Made by a program: the position numbers and the translations under genes. Under the pieces are notes generated by a model that did no database searches, was not told where the DNA came from, and was given only the letters and a program-made list of their open reading frames with translations. Shown in pieces: positions 38,585-52,816 of a stretch of DNA of 64,000 nucleotides; the first letter of the stretch is position 1; every line of letters begins with the position of its first letter. Origin of the DNA: Octopus sinensis (Eukaryota); the NCBI RefSeq assembly GCF_006345805.1, contig NC_042998.1, positions 116,374,001 through 116,438,000 on the forward strand, written 5' to 3'.

Positions 38585-40204
38585 ATATATATATATATAT
38601 ATGCATGCATACAAACGTGTATACATACATGCACACATGATGGAAGTAACTAATGACCGAATTTTTTTTTTCCTAAATAAATTAGTGCAAACGTTCTGAG
38701 AGTCCAAATTTCTGGGCGTGAATTCGTTGGGAGTAAATGAAGTGTTGGATAGTACGAACTAACATTACAGCGGAATCAGCTACAAAAACCTGTAGTGTAA
38801 CTGAGGTTGAGACGACCTGCGACCCACTCATCTTCAGGTGCTTTTATAAGAGCTTACCTCCTGGAAAGAAATTTTAACGAGTACTGCTGTGTCTTCACTC
38901 TCTCTCTCTCTTTCTCTCACTCACACCCTCTTTCTCTGATCCACATATTGGTTAACCCATATTTGAGACCCTCGTCAGTGCTGTGAATCTGGATCAAAGT
39001 GGACCCCGGAAACATTGCGGCTAAGAAGGGGTTGCAAACTCCTCAAAACCATGGAAATTTCTCTCGGGGTCATATATAAATGCATACACAAGTACAAATA
39101 TATGTATACATTTATACATAGAAATACATAAATAATTACATACATACATACATACACACACATACACATATATACATATAAAAACATTCCTACATACATA
39201 TACTCGTGCAGTCCCATGATGCAACTGAAATTGTCGCTTATGTCACATCTCTCTGGAAGATTTAACATGTGATTTGCATTTACCCAAAACTGTCGTCATG
39301 GTACTACCTTCTCATGTGAAATGACGTTTTCTCTGAAGAAATATACAATGCCAGTCCAAAGAAACATTGTCCTGGAATAGATCGATAGAACTGAATACCA
39401 TTATAAACCTCAGCGCAAGGTGTATTGGTAGAAGACTCCCATCATATTTTCTAACAAGTGCAAACATAAAAAGGAGAAATATTGTTAATGGAACAGACAA
39501 AATATGCAACAATAAAATATGCAAAATAATGATGTTTTCTATTTTTGTTTGAAAGCAGCCCCTTTCTAACGGGACATTTCGAATAGTAAAAAGATATTAC
39601 ACAACATATATACATATGTGTATATGCGTGGGTTTTTAACTCTCATCAATTCGCCCATTATCTTCTATCAATTTGATTCCAATACTATATTCCTATTCAT
39701 TGTAAATTAAGAAATCAACTTTCCTATCCTCCCATTTGTCTCTTTCCCACTGTTTCACTCTTACTTTTTATTTGATTAACATACAAAATTCCCTTGAAGA
39801 TGGATTATCTTCCTTCCTTTTCCTGTTATGCCAGCCACCTCGCTATGTTCAATTACATTTTAACACTTTTTTAAAGTTCCTGTCTTTTTGCTTACTTTTT
39901 TTATTCGAATTAAAAATCTTTCTCGCATATTTCCTGTACACCGTCGTTACATTTGGCCTACCTACTTCCAGGTTTTCCTGTTTTTATCAATGATTTATAC
40001 ATCTAGAACAGGATTTAATACGGATGGTTTCCAAATAATAATTTTTTTCTCCTTTAATTCCACTCCTAATCATCCATTGCCATCCATTATTTCACACAAC
40101 AACTCAGTACATATTTCCTTATTTTGTTCTCATTCTCGACCGTTTCCGTCTGTCCAATATACCACGTTATCATACTTCAGCTGTGAACAATTACTGATAT
40201 CTTT

Positions 40205-40440
<236 letters not shown>

Positions 40441-40957
40441 CCCTCCCAGCTGATTTCTGTTAAAGACAAAATCACATTTGGCTGTCGTGAGAATTACTTT
40501 CTCTTTACTGAACACTAACATCATTAATTTTGTATTTCTTTTCACTAACAGTGCTTAAAAGTATAAAAAAGAATCAATTCAAAACACAGAGTACTTAATA
40601 TTACGCGTCCATGCGTCTAGTGTCATTAGTGATGCAGTAAGCTTGCTAAGCTGACCGTATTAATACGTAGAGTAGAGGAAAGAGTGATAACAAATGTCCC
40701 TATGGTAGGCTGAATTTCTGAAGTAATTTATACTTTTCAGTGGGTATCAATCCAGTATAGTACATATAAATGATGTGATAGAAAATATTTTAAAATTCTA
40801 AGTATAGAACGTAAAAGATGTATATCGTAATATTTTTTGTCAAAATTCAGTCGTGATCGTTTATACAAGAGAATGCTTTACATTCAGCACTCCCTCATAT
40901 TATATATATACATACACACACACACACATATATATATATATATTTTAAACGTAATTG

Positions 40958-41432
40958 CGAAATAGAGTTGACATAAATTTATTACCATTACAATATAATC
41001 ATACTATAAAAAATGTATAATATAATATAATATAACATATAATTACAACAAATATAAATCCTACAATTTGTGTGCATTTATATTCATTAGTGAGTTTATT
41101 AAAAAAATTACATGTTTATTAAAAAAATTACATCTATGTATAGGAATCTCGTCAGGGTAATATTTGTGTAAAAATACACAAAAAAATTAATGCAAGGGCT
41201 GCTAAATAATAAAATATTCTATTTTATGATTTAGCAGCCCTTGCATGAATTTTTTTGTCTATTCTTAGACAAATATTTCCCTGGCGAGATTCATATACAT
41301 AAATGTAAATGTTTTATAAATCCAGTAGTGGATATGAATTGTAGGATATTTATTTGTTTTAATCATTTGTTATATTATATTATATTATATTATATTATAT
41401 TATAAGGTTAATAAATTTATATGTCAATTGTA
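40958..41432. repeat. Diverged long inverted repeat (~240-bp arms, centre near 41218) with CTGACGA/CTGGCGA remnants
   Basis: GCAAGGGCTGCTAAAT vs ATTTAGCAGCCCTTGC; GGAATCTCGTCAGGG vs CCCTGGCGAGATTC; further matches outward. Confidence 0.65.
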
Positions 41433-44400
41433 TTTCTCTCTTTCTTTAATATTTACATATTGAAATTATACCATCTTAATTTCTGATTTGCTCTCTACGA
41501 TATAGTAGTATTTATCTGTCGGACCAGAGAAATTTCACGTTTTCCATTCTTTTAACGGAACTTGGTTTATATATATATATATATATAAGAGACATATAAG
41601 AGACAGCAAACCCAACATAAAGTCAGATAAGAGGAAAAAATCTATCTTAAAAAATATCTTTTGATAAGCATAACAAATGCGCAACCGGTAAAAAGAACTT
41701 TCACCTAATTAAATTACTTAAATTACTTAAATTATTTTGTCAGCATTTTCTTCATTTCCTTTTTTATATATATATACAAACAAACACACACATACACACA
41801 AACATGCAAAAGTCTGCACACACACATACGTAAGTCACAGGCATCTATATATACAGGATTCACTCTCCAAGTTATGCTTCCTTTTGTAGGATATAATTTT
41901 CGTTTAATGTAGAATTCGCTGGTATATCTAACAGATTTATGCCCTCATTAGTTTTATCGCCTGTTTTCAACAGACACAATTTTACCACTGTAAATTTAAT
42001 GGGTTCATTTTGAAATGCATTTATGTAACAATGAATTTTAACTTTAACTGTGTAGAATGGGCTGTCAGTTTATGGAATAATTGCAATAAAAAATAAGCAA
42101 ATATACCATTTTTTTCCAGTGGAGCTACTATATCAATAAATAGTTTTCTTTTCTCCTTGTAACGAATTAAGTGTTCTTCTCTACTAAACAGATTTTTGTT
42201 AAGATAATTGCTGTATTACAACCGGTTTATATTTCTGCTAGCAACCAATCGATCATAAAAGAATTCTTTAAATTGTATAAGAATATCTAAAAGTAATTAT
42301 CATTTAAAACCAGTCAAATAACTCAGCAGATAATAAAAAACTTAAGAAAACTATAAGCACATCATTACATTTTAAAGTAACCAGCTAAATATGGACGGGG
42401 TTTATGAAATAATACTAATATTAGAAATGAAGATAATTACAATACGCTAACATTCTTGAATATCATTCTTAAATTACTATGACGTTATGGAAAAGGTTTA
42501 AGAAGTAATAAGTAAAGATGATTACTTCAGTAAGAAGATGTATGTAATAAGCAGTATTAAAGAAACAAGTAATAAGTTTAAAATTATATGTAATAGAGTA
42601 GTTTCCAATGAAAGTATATAACATGTGTATAAAATATGATAACGTGTAATAAGTGCACTGTAAGAGGTTTAGAAAAAAAATATGTAGGTGTACATGATAA
42701 AATTTGAGACGGGATGAGTGGCGAGTAAGAAAAGGCATCATACACTATGGCCGAGAAGACATGATATTATTAAACGATAAACATTTATATATTAAAATGA
42801 CATTACATTAATACTTATTAGATATTAGACACCATTGCGGTCTCTTCGCCACATTTTCATAAATCAATATAGTTGTTTTCTTATCACTATTCACTCAGGT
42901 GCAGAACTGATGAATTTTGGTCGTGGAGACCTAATAAGACTAATATATAATAGTAATTTTCGCTCCTGTTTGTCTAGATGAGTTAGAATTAATATCAGGC
43001 CGTAAATTAATATTAAAGCTAATGTTGCTTCATTAATTTAATATTAGAGCTAATATTAAACTGATATTAAAAACATTGTTTGCTCCTCATCGCATAAGAT
43101 TTATTAATTAATATTGACTTTAAACGACAAAATGATAATATTAGCATGGCTCTTAAATCAAGAATAACTTCTGCAAAACTATCATTATTTTTACAAAGCT
43201 GTGATTGGAAAAGTATATATTTTCGGGAAAACTAAAAGTCACTCATATTGGAATTGGTAGTATACGGCATGAAATTTTGGGGATGGGTTGAAAATACGTT
43301 TAATTATTTCGTTTGATAATTTTCAGTATTAAAACAATATCCTGTATAATAAATGCATTTATCAAGAGTTATTGTAACCTCAACAATGGGTCGCAATTTC
43401 ACCGCAATATTAAAAATAATTGCTTAATTAAATAGTTAATTCTCGATCTTTTTAGGATCTTAGTTAATTCCTAATTTTTTTCTTTCTCATTTAGTAATAA
43501 ACCTTGAAATCTCTAAAAAATCTTCCCACATAACGTATTGTCTTGTATCTTCTCAAAGAATAGCAGAAATGTCTTGGCTTTGTGCCGTACAGATCACAAA
43601 ATCAACGTAATTACTAACAATTACTGTCATGAATTACTATCATTTTATAATATAATTTTTTTTATTTGTTTTTCCTTCAACATTTTATTCAGCACAATTT
43701 TTCACCAAAAAAAGAATGAATAAAGAACTATCTTGATGTTAGGGCTGTTGCTGCTGTTGCTATTATTAATGTTTTTGCACATCGCCACAGTTGAATGTAT
43801 TTTTGAGGTTTCATGACATCCTAACCTATTTCAATTACAGAAATCTGTTTTTGTTTATTTTATAGTTCTACTTTGATTCTTAGTGAACCAGAGCCCTAAG
43901 GGAAGAGCAAATAATCATTTTTAAACTTTTAAACGAAATCTAATTTTTCATTACATCGGAAAATCTTTCGAACTGGCATCATTTTTGTGGTCCTTTCTGG
44001 AAAAGAGGAAGTTGCCAGAAGGTTTTGAAGGCTAAATCAGTTTTCGCAGTCATCTCTTACTACCCAATACTACAGATATAATACAAATTAAAAAATAGTG
44101 AGAGCAGTATGAATAACATCAGCGACTATAACATTAGCCACAAGAACAACAATAGTAACAGCAGAAAGAACAATGACATATCAATCAATATTTGTTGTCT
44201 CATGAAGGACGAATCTGGTTATCATCTGATCCATGGTGAAAATCGTCTCACCGTCTTTCGTGAGCTCTAAAAATAACGAGGTCTTCCTCTGACTGCTGGT
44301 TTTGAGAAAAGTGTTTGTGAGAAGGACTATATTGAAAGTTTTGAGGAAAGATAACTACTTCTTCGGTCAAAGCCGTCATTATTTTATTAACTTTCACTTT

Positions 44401-44749
44401 GAAAAGAAAGTGAGTGTGGAAAATGAAATGCTACCTTCAGTGATTATGTTAGAAATTCGAAGGGAGTGGAGGAAAATGTCCGAATTCATGGATCTGCTCT
44501 GAGTATGAGTAAGAATATTGAAGATGAAAGATAAGTGGACGGCACTTACCCTGGTGTTCATGAGGGTCAGGGTTTTATGCATTTCCAGCTCTGAAAGGAC
44601 TCACCCGTTATAAGGGAATATATTTTTGATTAAATTTGTTTCTTTGTTTCATTTATTTTTTGTGACACCATTTTATCGTCCTTTACAGTTCCCTACATTT
44701 TTGCGAACATTTGGTGGTTAAGACCGGAAACAATATAATTATTATCATT

Positions 44750-44820
<71 letters not shown>

Positions 44821-45323
44821 GTTCAGTAGTTTTATTTTTATAGCGTGCTTTCACTTCACTACCGAGCGCAGCTCTGTGTGCCTTGGGTATGTGCTGTGAT
44901 TTGTTGTGATGCTCTGATGGTTATTTTACGGAAAGTGTTCTGCGTAGGATGTGTGCAGTGCCTAGTAGTGCAATTTTCTGTATGTTATATGTGTTTGTAA
45001 GTCCTGGTGTTTTTGTTATGTATTTGTCTGAATATTCTTTTATCATGCCTAATGCACCTACTATGTGAGGAATTGTTTCTGTTTTCAGATTCCACATTCT
45101 AGTTACCTCTATTTCCAGGTCTTTGTATTTTGAAAGTTTCTCCATTTCTTTTAGAGACACGTTGTCATCTGCCGGTATTGATACATCAATTAGAAAGCAT
45201 TTTTTTTCTTCATGATCTCTGACAACTATATCTGGTCTGTTGGCCTTAATTTCTCTATCTGTGTGTATCGGCATATCCCAGAGTATGCTTGCTTTCTCGT
45301 TTTCTGTGACCTTTTCTGGTGTG
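44821..45323 (-). mobile_element. 5'-truncated R4/Dong-like non-LTR retrotransposon (restriction-like endonuclease) inserted in (TAA)n
   Basis: ILWDMPIHTDREIKANRPDIVVRDHEEKKCFLIDVSIP...EKLSKYKDL is a PD-(D/E)xK RLE domain. (TTA)n flanks both sides. Confidence 0.9.
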
Positions 45324-45325
45324 TT

Positions 45326-45329
<4 letters not shown>

Positions 45330-45380
<51 letters not shown>

Positions 45381-45421
45381 GTAGTAGTAGTAGTAGTAGT
45401 TGTAGTAGCAGTAGTAGTAGT

Positions 45422-45459
<38 letters not shown>

Positions 45460-45830
45460 TAGTTGTAGTAGTAGTAGTAGTAGTGGTGGTGGTGCTGGAG
45501 TTATTGCCATTGTTACTCTGCGGCTGCTGCTTATGTTTATAACGTGGCTAGCTAGTAAAATGGTTAGTACGTATAACCAAATGCTTCACAGTATTTTCAC
45601 CACCACTTCACATTTTGAGTCCGAATTCTGCGGACGACAACTTTTTCATTCAACCTTTCTGTGTCACGAAAATAAATACCAGATCCATGTAACCGACAAG
45701 CCCCTTCCTTTGAAAGTTCAGGCCTTGTGCATATAGTAGAAATAAGTAGTTTTATTATTATTATTATTATTATTATATTATTATTATTAGTAGTAGTAGT
45801 AGTTGTAGTAGCAGTAGTAGTAGTAGTAGT

Positions 45831-45871
<41 letters not shown>

Positions 45872-45876
45872 TAGTT

Positions 45877-45908
<32 letters not shown>

Positions 45909-46164
45909 GCTGGAGTTATTGCCATTGTTACTCTGCGGCTGCTGCTTATGTTTATAACGTGGCTAGCTAGTAAAATGGTTAGTACGTATAACCAAATGCT
46001 TCACAGTATTTTCACCACCACTTCACATTTTGAGTCCGAATTCTGCGGACGACAACTTTTTCATTCAACCTTTCTGTGTCACGAAAATAAATACCAGATC
46101 CATGTAACCGACAAGCCCCTTCCTTTGAAAGTTCAGGCCTTGTGCATATAGTAGAAATAAGTAG

Positions 46165-46180
<16 letters not shown>
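45330..46180. repeat. Tandem duplication, period 415 bp: (TTA/GTA/GCA)n plus a SINE-containing core
   Basis: Cores 45484-45755 and 45899-46170 appear identical. The trinucleotide tract lengths differ. Confidence 0.85.
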
Positions 46181-46206
<26 letters not shown>

Positions 46207-48249
46207 CATCATCATCATCATCATTATCATTATCATTATTATTATAATTATTGTTATTATTATTAAAATTACTATTGTTGTTATTGTTATTTTGACAGAA
46301 CCGTTAGCGTATCGTATTGAATGCTTGGTGGCATTTCCTTCGGCTCTGAGGCCAACTTTCCTTCCTTCGGGGTCGATGAAACATATACCAACTGAAAAAT
46401 GAGATCGATGTAATCGGTGTATACCCTCCCTCAAACTGATTTACTTTATGTCAAAAATTGAAACCAGTAAAGGAGGTGAACTATCAGAATCATTTCCGCG
46501 ACGCTGAAATTACCATTACCTCTACCTTTAAACCTTTCGAGGTCGAGAAAATAAGCACTATTTGAGTACTGGGTTCTTCGCGAATATCTCCGCTCCTAAA
46601 AAATGCTGCCTCCGTGCAAAAATTTGATAGTAATATTATTGTTATACGAAGCTAATGGTCTGGTAAAACTATCCTTGCCTTGGAACACGTTTTCAGGATA
46701 TAAATACGCAGCACTTGAATTCGCATACTACAATTTCAATTCTGCCGTCATCATTTAGAGTTTTACAAAAATAAAAGTTTTTCCATATCAAAGTTTGTTT
46801 TACTCGATTTTATTTTCTCGCACAATGTGCGACTGTATGCGAATGTTATAGAACGTCACACAAAGATAGTTTGTATTGACAATGCTGTTTTGGCCGACAC
46901 AATTTATCAACAAACGATATTTGAGTGTTTAGTTATATGCTTACGTACTAATTTCAAATATCACATCTTTCGTTCTTCCGTGCCACATAACGTACAGTAC
47001 TAATCAAGTACTGGTATTATTTTATTAATAAAAAGTATTGCTAAATCTTTGTAGAAAATGCCTTGCAACACGTAATACCGTTTTTATAGGCCCTGGGTTC
47101 AAATTCAACAAGGTTAGACAATAATTTTCAAAATTTAAGAATGTAAAATTGAATATAAGTAACGTACCGAAGCTGAATGAATCAGATTTCTTTTAAATTA
47201 AACTTGTCTTCTACCAAATTTGAAAAATTATCGATTGTTCTTTATTATTTATAAGTGCAATTATTCTTTGAAAGTACAGCATTTATACTTCATAAGATGG
47301 TGACACCTTTCTCATCGATTAGACTATAAGTATGCCTAAGGCTGTAAATTAAAATGAATAATATTTTCAATATATATTTTGATTACCTCTGTGACATTCC
47401 GTTTGTACTAATGTGTTATATATATAATTTTATTTCAATGAGTTTAACTCAGTACACTGTACGTAATTCCATGAGTGTTAGAATTTTAAATGGTAAATTA
47501 AGCCTGCAAGACATTTGAACGCATATATAAATAGAAGTAGAAAAAATGCCCAATCACGGAAAATAAAAATTAAATGAAAAAACGCTATGATGTTAGGTTA
47601 AATGTCCATGGTGTATTTCAATTCGACATTAGAACATTCTTCTTTTATGCAACAAACCGAAATACAAATTTGCGAGAAAAAATGAGGAACTGTCTCAAAT
47701 GATATGTAATAAATTCTCTCAAATTAAATATACTGATACATAATGTTTTATGTAAATTCTTTTCTTGCGCGCTTGCGAAGAAACGTGCATGAATTATAAA
47801 TATACCAACAATTTTTTAATGATTATGCGCATTTATTGTTTCTTATGCGTCCAATGCTAAGAATCATTATATTGTTTTGCTTTTAAACTTTCAGTGTGAA
47901 ATTGAATTCTTATAAATAATAAATGTTACAATGTAGTGCATTAATATCTCATTCTCAAAGAAACAAACATAAGAAATTCGTCTACGCATCATACTGTATA
48001 ATATTGACAGATGCTATTTTAAAAAAAAATTGCTTTTCCATATTCTAAATGCAGACAGTGGTTTTGTATGTAGTAACGATATTGTAATACTCATTCTTTG
48101 ACATTCCGCAACAATGAGACTTGAACAAAAGAATAAAAAAAGAAATCCGACACATCCGTAAAGTACCTACTAATTAAAATGTCATTATGTCTATTTCTTA
48201 TGTGTTTGTGTGTTTATGCGTGTGCGCGCGTGTGTATTATATACATACA

Positions 48250-48293
<44 letters not shown>

Positions 48294-48312
48294 ATATATA
48301 TATGTATATATA

Positions 48313-51220
48313 CTGGGGTGGTTGTCTACTCCTTATGCAGAGTTTGACCACCTGGTTGGTGGGGTTTGGTTTTCTATGGGTTCGCAGATGAGATTTGAGC
48401 CCAGCAAAATACAGGCATGATTTATCACAAACTGTGCACACAAAAAGGTCATTGTCATTCATCTTCTCGATCGTAACGTTCTTCCTTAGATCTCCTTTGA
48501 ATCTTATTTGCGTTATCCTGGCCTCTTCAAATGGTTTCGCTCCACTCCACACTTTTGTTCGCCATCCAACACGATTCGAAGCAAAGGTTTCTATGTTTTG
48601 GGATGCAGTCCAAGTGACTTTATGCCATCTAAAACCTTTTTTTAGCTTTACGTCGATAGTGTTTCCCCTCTGCACGCTCACCATAAAACAGCTGTTTCGG
48701 CATGCGTTCATCTGCCATCTTATTTGGTTCCTAAAAATCATAGCATTGAGGTGATACATGCAGATGCAAGGACATCTGTATTTGGAGTAAAAGAAATCCA
48801 TTTGATTTTTAAAATGCGATGAAGGCATTTTTTGTGGAATTGTCCTAACACTTTAAAATACCTTTCATAACAAGTCCATGTTTCACAGCAATACAACAGG
48901 AATGGTAAGACAAATGATTTGTAAAGAGCTAGCCTAGTATTCTTATTTATATGTCGCTGGCACCAAACGCGTGACTCCAAGCCATTGAATGCTTTTGCTG
49001 CCCTTTGAATTTCTGTATCGATATTTCTATCATTTTGAACAGAGATTCCAAGATAGTCGAATGAATCGACAACCTCACGTAACATAGCCTTAACAAAAAT
49101 TTTCGTGAGGTTACAAACAGCACCAAACGCAGGTTGGTGCAATACAACTGTTTTTTTTTTCAAGTTGATGATGAAGCCAAAATCATCACAAGCCGAGTCA
49201 AATGCAGATACAAGAGATTGCAGAACTGTTTCAGAATGACTGACAAGATCGCAATCGTCAGCGTACAAAAGTTTCCTAATGAGTAAAGTAAAAATCTTCG
49301 TTTTGAATTTCAGGCTGTTCGATATGTTATGTAAATAACCTCCTCGGAGTTTTGAAAAGCACATGACAACACAAGAAGAAAGTTTTGGGTTGTTCGGAAA
49401 GTTCGTGCCGATTTATAGTAGATTAGCTTTCGGCTTATTTTAGAACATGGTTGAGTCCATAAAATAGGATTTGACTACACCTCCATTTAGCGCACAGTTT
49501 AAGCTAACTTTTCGTGGAAGAAGGTTTATGTTCCTATAACCTATGTTAATTCTGTAACCCTTTAAAATAGAAGATAAGAAAATTCATTTTCTGCAATTCA
49601 TGCTTTGGGAACCAGACAAAAAATGCTGCAGCTCGGCTGAGATGTGTTTCCCCACCCTCCATATTCACCAGATATTGCTCCTTCGGATTTCCCATTTATT
49701 CAGGTCTCTGCAGAATAGTCTTAATGGTAAAATTTTCAATTCCTTGGATAACGTAAAAAAGATACCTTGATGAATTATTTGCCATGGAACCACCTCAATT
49801 CTGGGAAGAGGTTATTTTTAAATTAACGAAAAGATGGAGACGCATTGTGCAACATGGTTCATATGGTTCATATTGGTTAATTAAAAATGTAATGACCTTT
49901 TTCCTTGCTTTTAAAAATCGGTAAGAACTTTCCGGACAATCCAATATATTGCAAAGAGGGTGGGTGCATCAAGGTCTCCTTGCTTTACTCCATTTTCTTC
50001 GGCAAAAGTTTCAGGGATCCTAACACGACAGTTTACTCTAGCTACCATACCTTGATGCAAAGCCCCGATCATGTTTACAAATTTTTCTGGGCGATCTAGT
50101 TTCGTTACAATTAGTCATAGCGCATTTCTATTAACAGTATCGAATGCTTTGCTCAAATCAACAACGCAGTGGTAGAGAGTATTATTCTGTTCAATGCACT
50201 TTTCTTCTAATTCTCTGACAGTAAAGATACAATCAGCTGGAGGAACGAAAACCACACTGAGACTCAAACACTATATTTGGAACTATGAAGCTATTTAAAC
50301 GTTCTAACAAATTTCGGGCAAATACCTATCCCACCACAGACAAAAGCAAAATGCCACGAAAATTACCACACAGATCCTTTGACCCCGATTTATACAAGGA
50401 GACTAAAATGGCATCAATCCAGTCTTCAGGCATTTTCTCAGTTCTCCAACAGTGGAAAATTAAGATATTCAAGAGTTCAAACATTTTGTCACCCTCATAT
50501 TTCAAGGCAGAAATACTTTTGTTTTGAAATCTTCCCATAGATTATTTGGGTCAAGATTGTTACTTTCTATAGCATCGTTGAATCTTTGCAAGTTGCCCGA
50601 TAATTTTTACCACATTTAACTTTTTGGGTACCTTAGGACCAGACTCGATTGTTAGGCATTATTGAAAATCTATTTTCCCACGCACTAGATGAAATCAGTC
50701 TCTCTCTGACCCTCCATATGACGTTTTTTGATCAGAATATAATATATGAGATGCCAGTGCTTAGATCTTGTGTGCATCCAGGTGGTTTTATATTTATTTT
50801 TCTGCCTTAACTGAGTGTTGGTGACACCCAGAATATTCTCAGTACAAAACATCAAAATACCTATTCCATCTTTATTACATTTACCAATCCCATGTTGACC
50901 TAAAACAGGCCATGAAACATAGTCCTTTCCAACTCTTACATTGAAATCTCCTAATATGTCTAGCTTGTCAGAAATTGGTACTTTCCCCAATCATCACATA
51001 AGTGCTAGATCATCATAAAACTGTCCTACATTTTCATTAGAATGGGACATTGTTGGTGCATAAATACTGACAACGGTAAGAAACCTACCTTTTGTCAGTT
51101 TAATACAGCATGACATGATCTCTTCAGATATACCACTTGGAAGCTCTGCAATGGAGGATACTAATGTATTTTTGAGAGGAAACCCAACACCAGATTCTCT
51201 ACGTTGACCTTAGGTAGGCC
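48313..51220 (-). mobile_element. Decayed RTE-clade LINE (APE endonuclease, RT, C-terminal C2H2-like finger), interrupted by a mariner
   Basis: VSIYAPT, ILGDFNVRVGKD, WIDAILVSLYK, VKQGDLDAPTLF, LLYADDCDLV, FDYLG, LLYCCETW and FVCTVCDKSC...GLKSHLRTH appear in order across frameshifts. Confidence 0.92.
49383..49948 (+). mobile_element. Internally deleted mariner nested in the RTE LINE
   Basis: TIRs TTGGGTTGTTCGGAAAGTTC / GAACTTTCCGGACAATCCAA. Transposase C-terminal fragment HPPYSPDIAPSD...RSLQNSLNG. The RT reading resumes across the insert. Confidence 0.85.
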
Positions 51221-51237
51221 TCTCTCTCTCTCACTCA

Positions 51238-51292
<55 letters not shown>

Positions 51293-52816
51293 CATAGAGA
51301 GAGAGAGGGGGAGGAGAGAGATAAATACCTAGACGAGTAAATTTTACGTTATGTTTATAGAATTACAAATCCACTTTGTGGAATGTAAGTTTTTTACTTC
51401 GCTTTAGAGAAACAAATGTATAAACACGAGTTTTATATTGATAATGTCTAGAGGGTGAAATATTTCGTTAGTTTACAATCGTTATCAGCTTGTAAGCAAT
51501 TATATCTTTTTATGTAACAGGCTTCGTTAAGTAATTATATATCCAAATCATTCCCAGTCTATTGAATGTTTTCGAACAATAAATGAAATTAATCATGCAG
51601 TTATGTAACTGTCCTCCGGCAGATTCGCAAACTAGCAAGGACTGAAATTAATCTCTAATCATATAAATAATATATAATTTGTCATAAGTTACAAATGATT
51701 GAGTTGCACATATATTACAGTACGTTGCCCAATATTCATTGTTTTCATCATTCATTAGCATTTACAAATATCTAAGCAGCCAGTCCATGAAAGTTCATAA
51801 AAGTTTAGTAACATTTTTACATTCTACCGAATAGACATTTCTACAACATAGTAACATTCATTGAATTAGAAACCAACAATGGTGTTCTCGTCTACTTCAT
51901 AACACGGAAGCTAATCAAGTGGCGAATATATGAGACTGTTCAAATAACTATGTCAACAGCAGCCTTTTTCGAGGAAATGGTTATGAAGTATTCTAAGTGA
52001 AATATAGAAATTTGTTGAGGTGGATAACTATTTGAACGTATGGAATGAGATAATATATTATTTATAAATAGTTCTGAATTAGTAGTGTACAAATACAGAT
52101 CATTACCATAAATGATCAGAAACCTAATCTCATTGGTGTTGTGAGTAGACATCGTAATTAAACACTGTATAACACAAGTATCTTCAATGAGATAAATATT
52201 TTGAGAAAACATATATGTTGTATGAGATACAGAGAATGTAGCAATATTCTCTCATTTGAGTTATATGAAGTTTTGTGTATTTAGATATTGCTTGGAACAA
52301 CACAGTATACCATATTAGGTATGAAAATAAATATTTATACTATCAGATACTTAGATAAATAAGAGGATATTTCAAGAGTTGTTTCATCCTTCATATCGCT
52401 CTGTCAACGAAATTTCCCTTTTTCCTGCAAAATAGTGGATTCGTATAATTATTTATCTCCTCTTTTCCACTAATAAGCAGAAGATGTACGAAACCATACT
52501 CTAAGCTTGGAGGTATTTCGATAATCTATTCAAACATCTGCTTTTATGGATTCTGTTTCTTTTTCTTTCAAGTATATTTAAAAGTATAGCTGCACGCGTA
52601 AATACTTGTAAAATGTAATCAGAATATTGTAGTGTAGTATATCTCACACACTATATCAATTAGTTCATATCCTTAGTGAAATACCTGATAAAACGGCTGC
52701 TATACTATTACTGTTTCGAATACAGTTCATCTGATGAAGCGTTAATACCATTAAAATGTCACTCACTGATATATCACACTACTAAAGCAACACCTGCAGT
52801 TTGGCGAGAAAATAAA

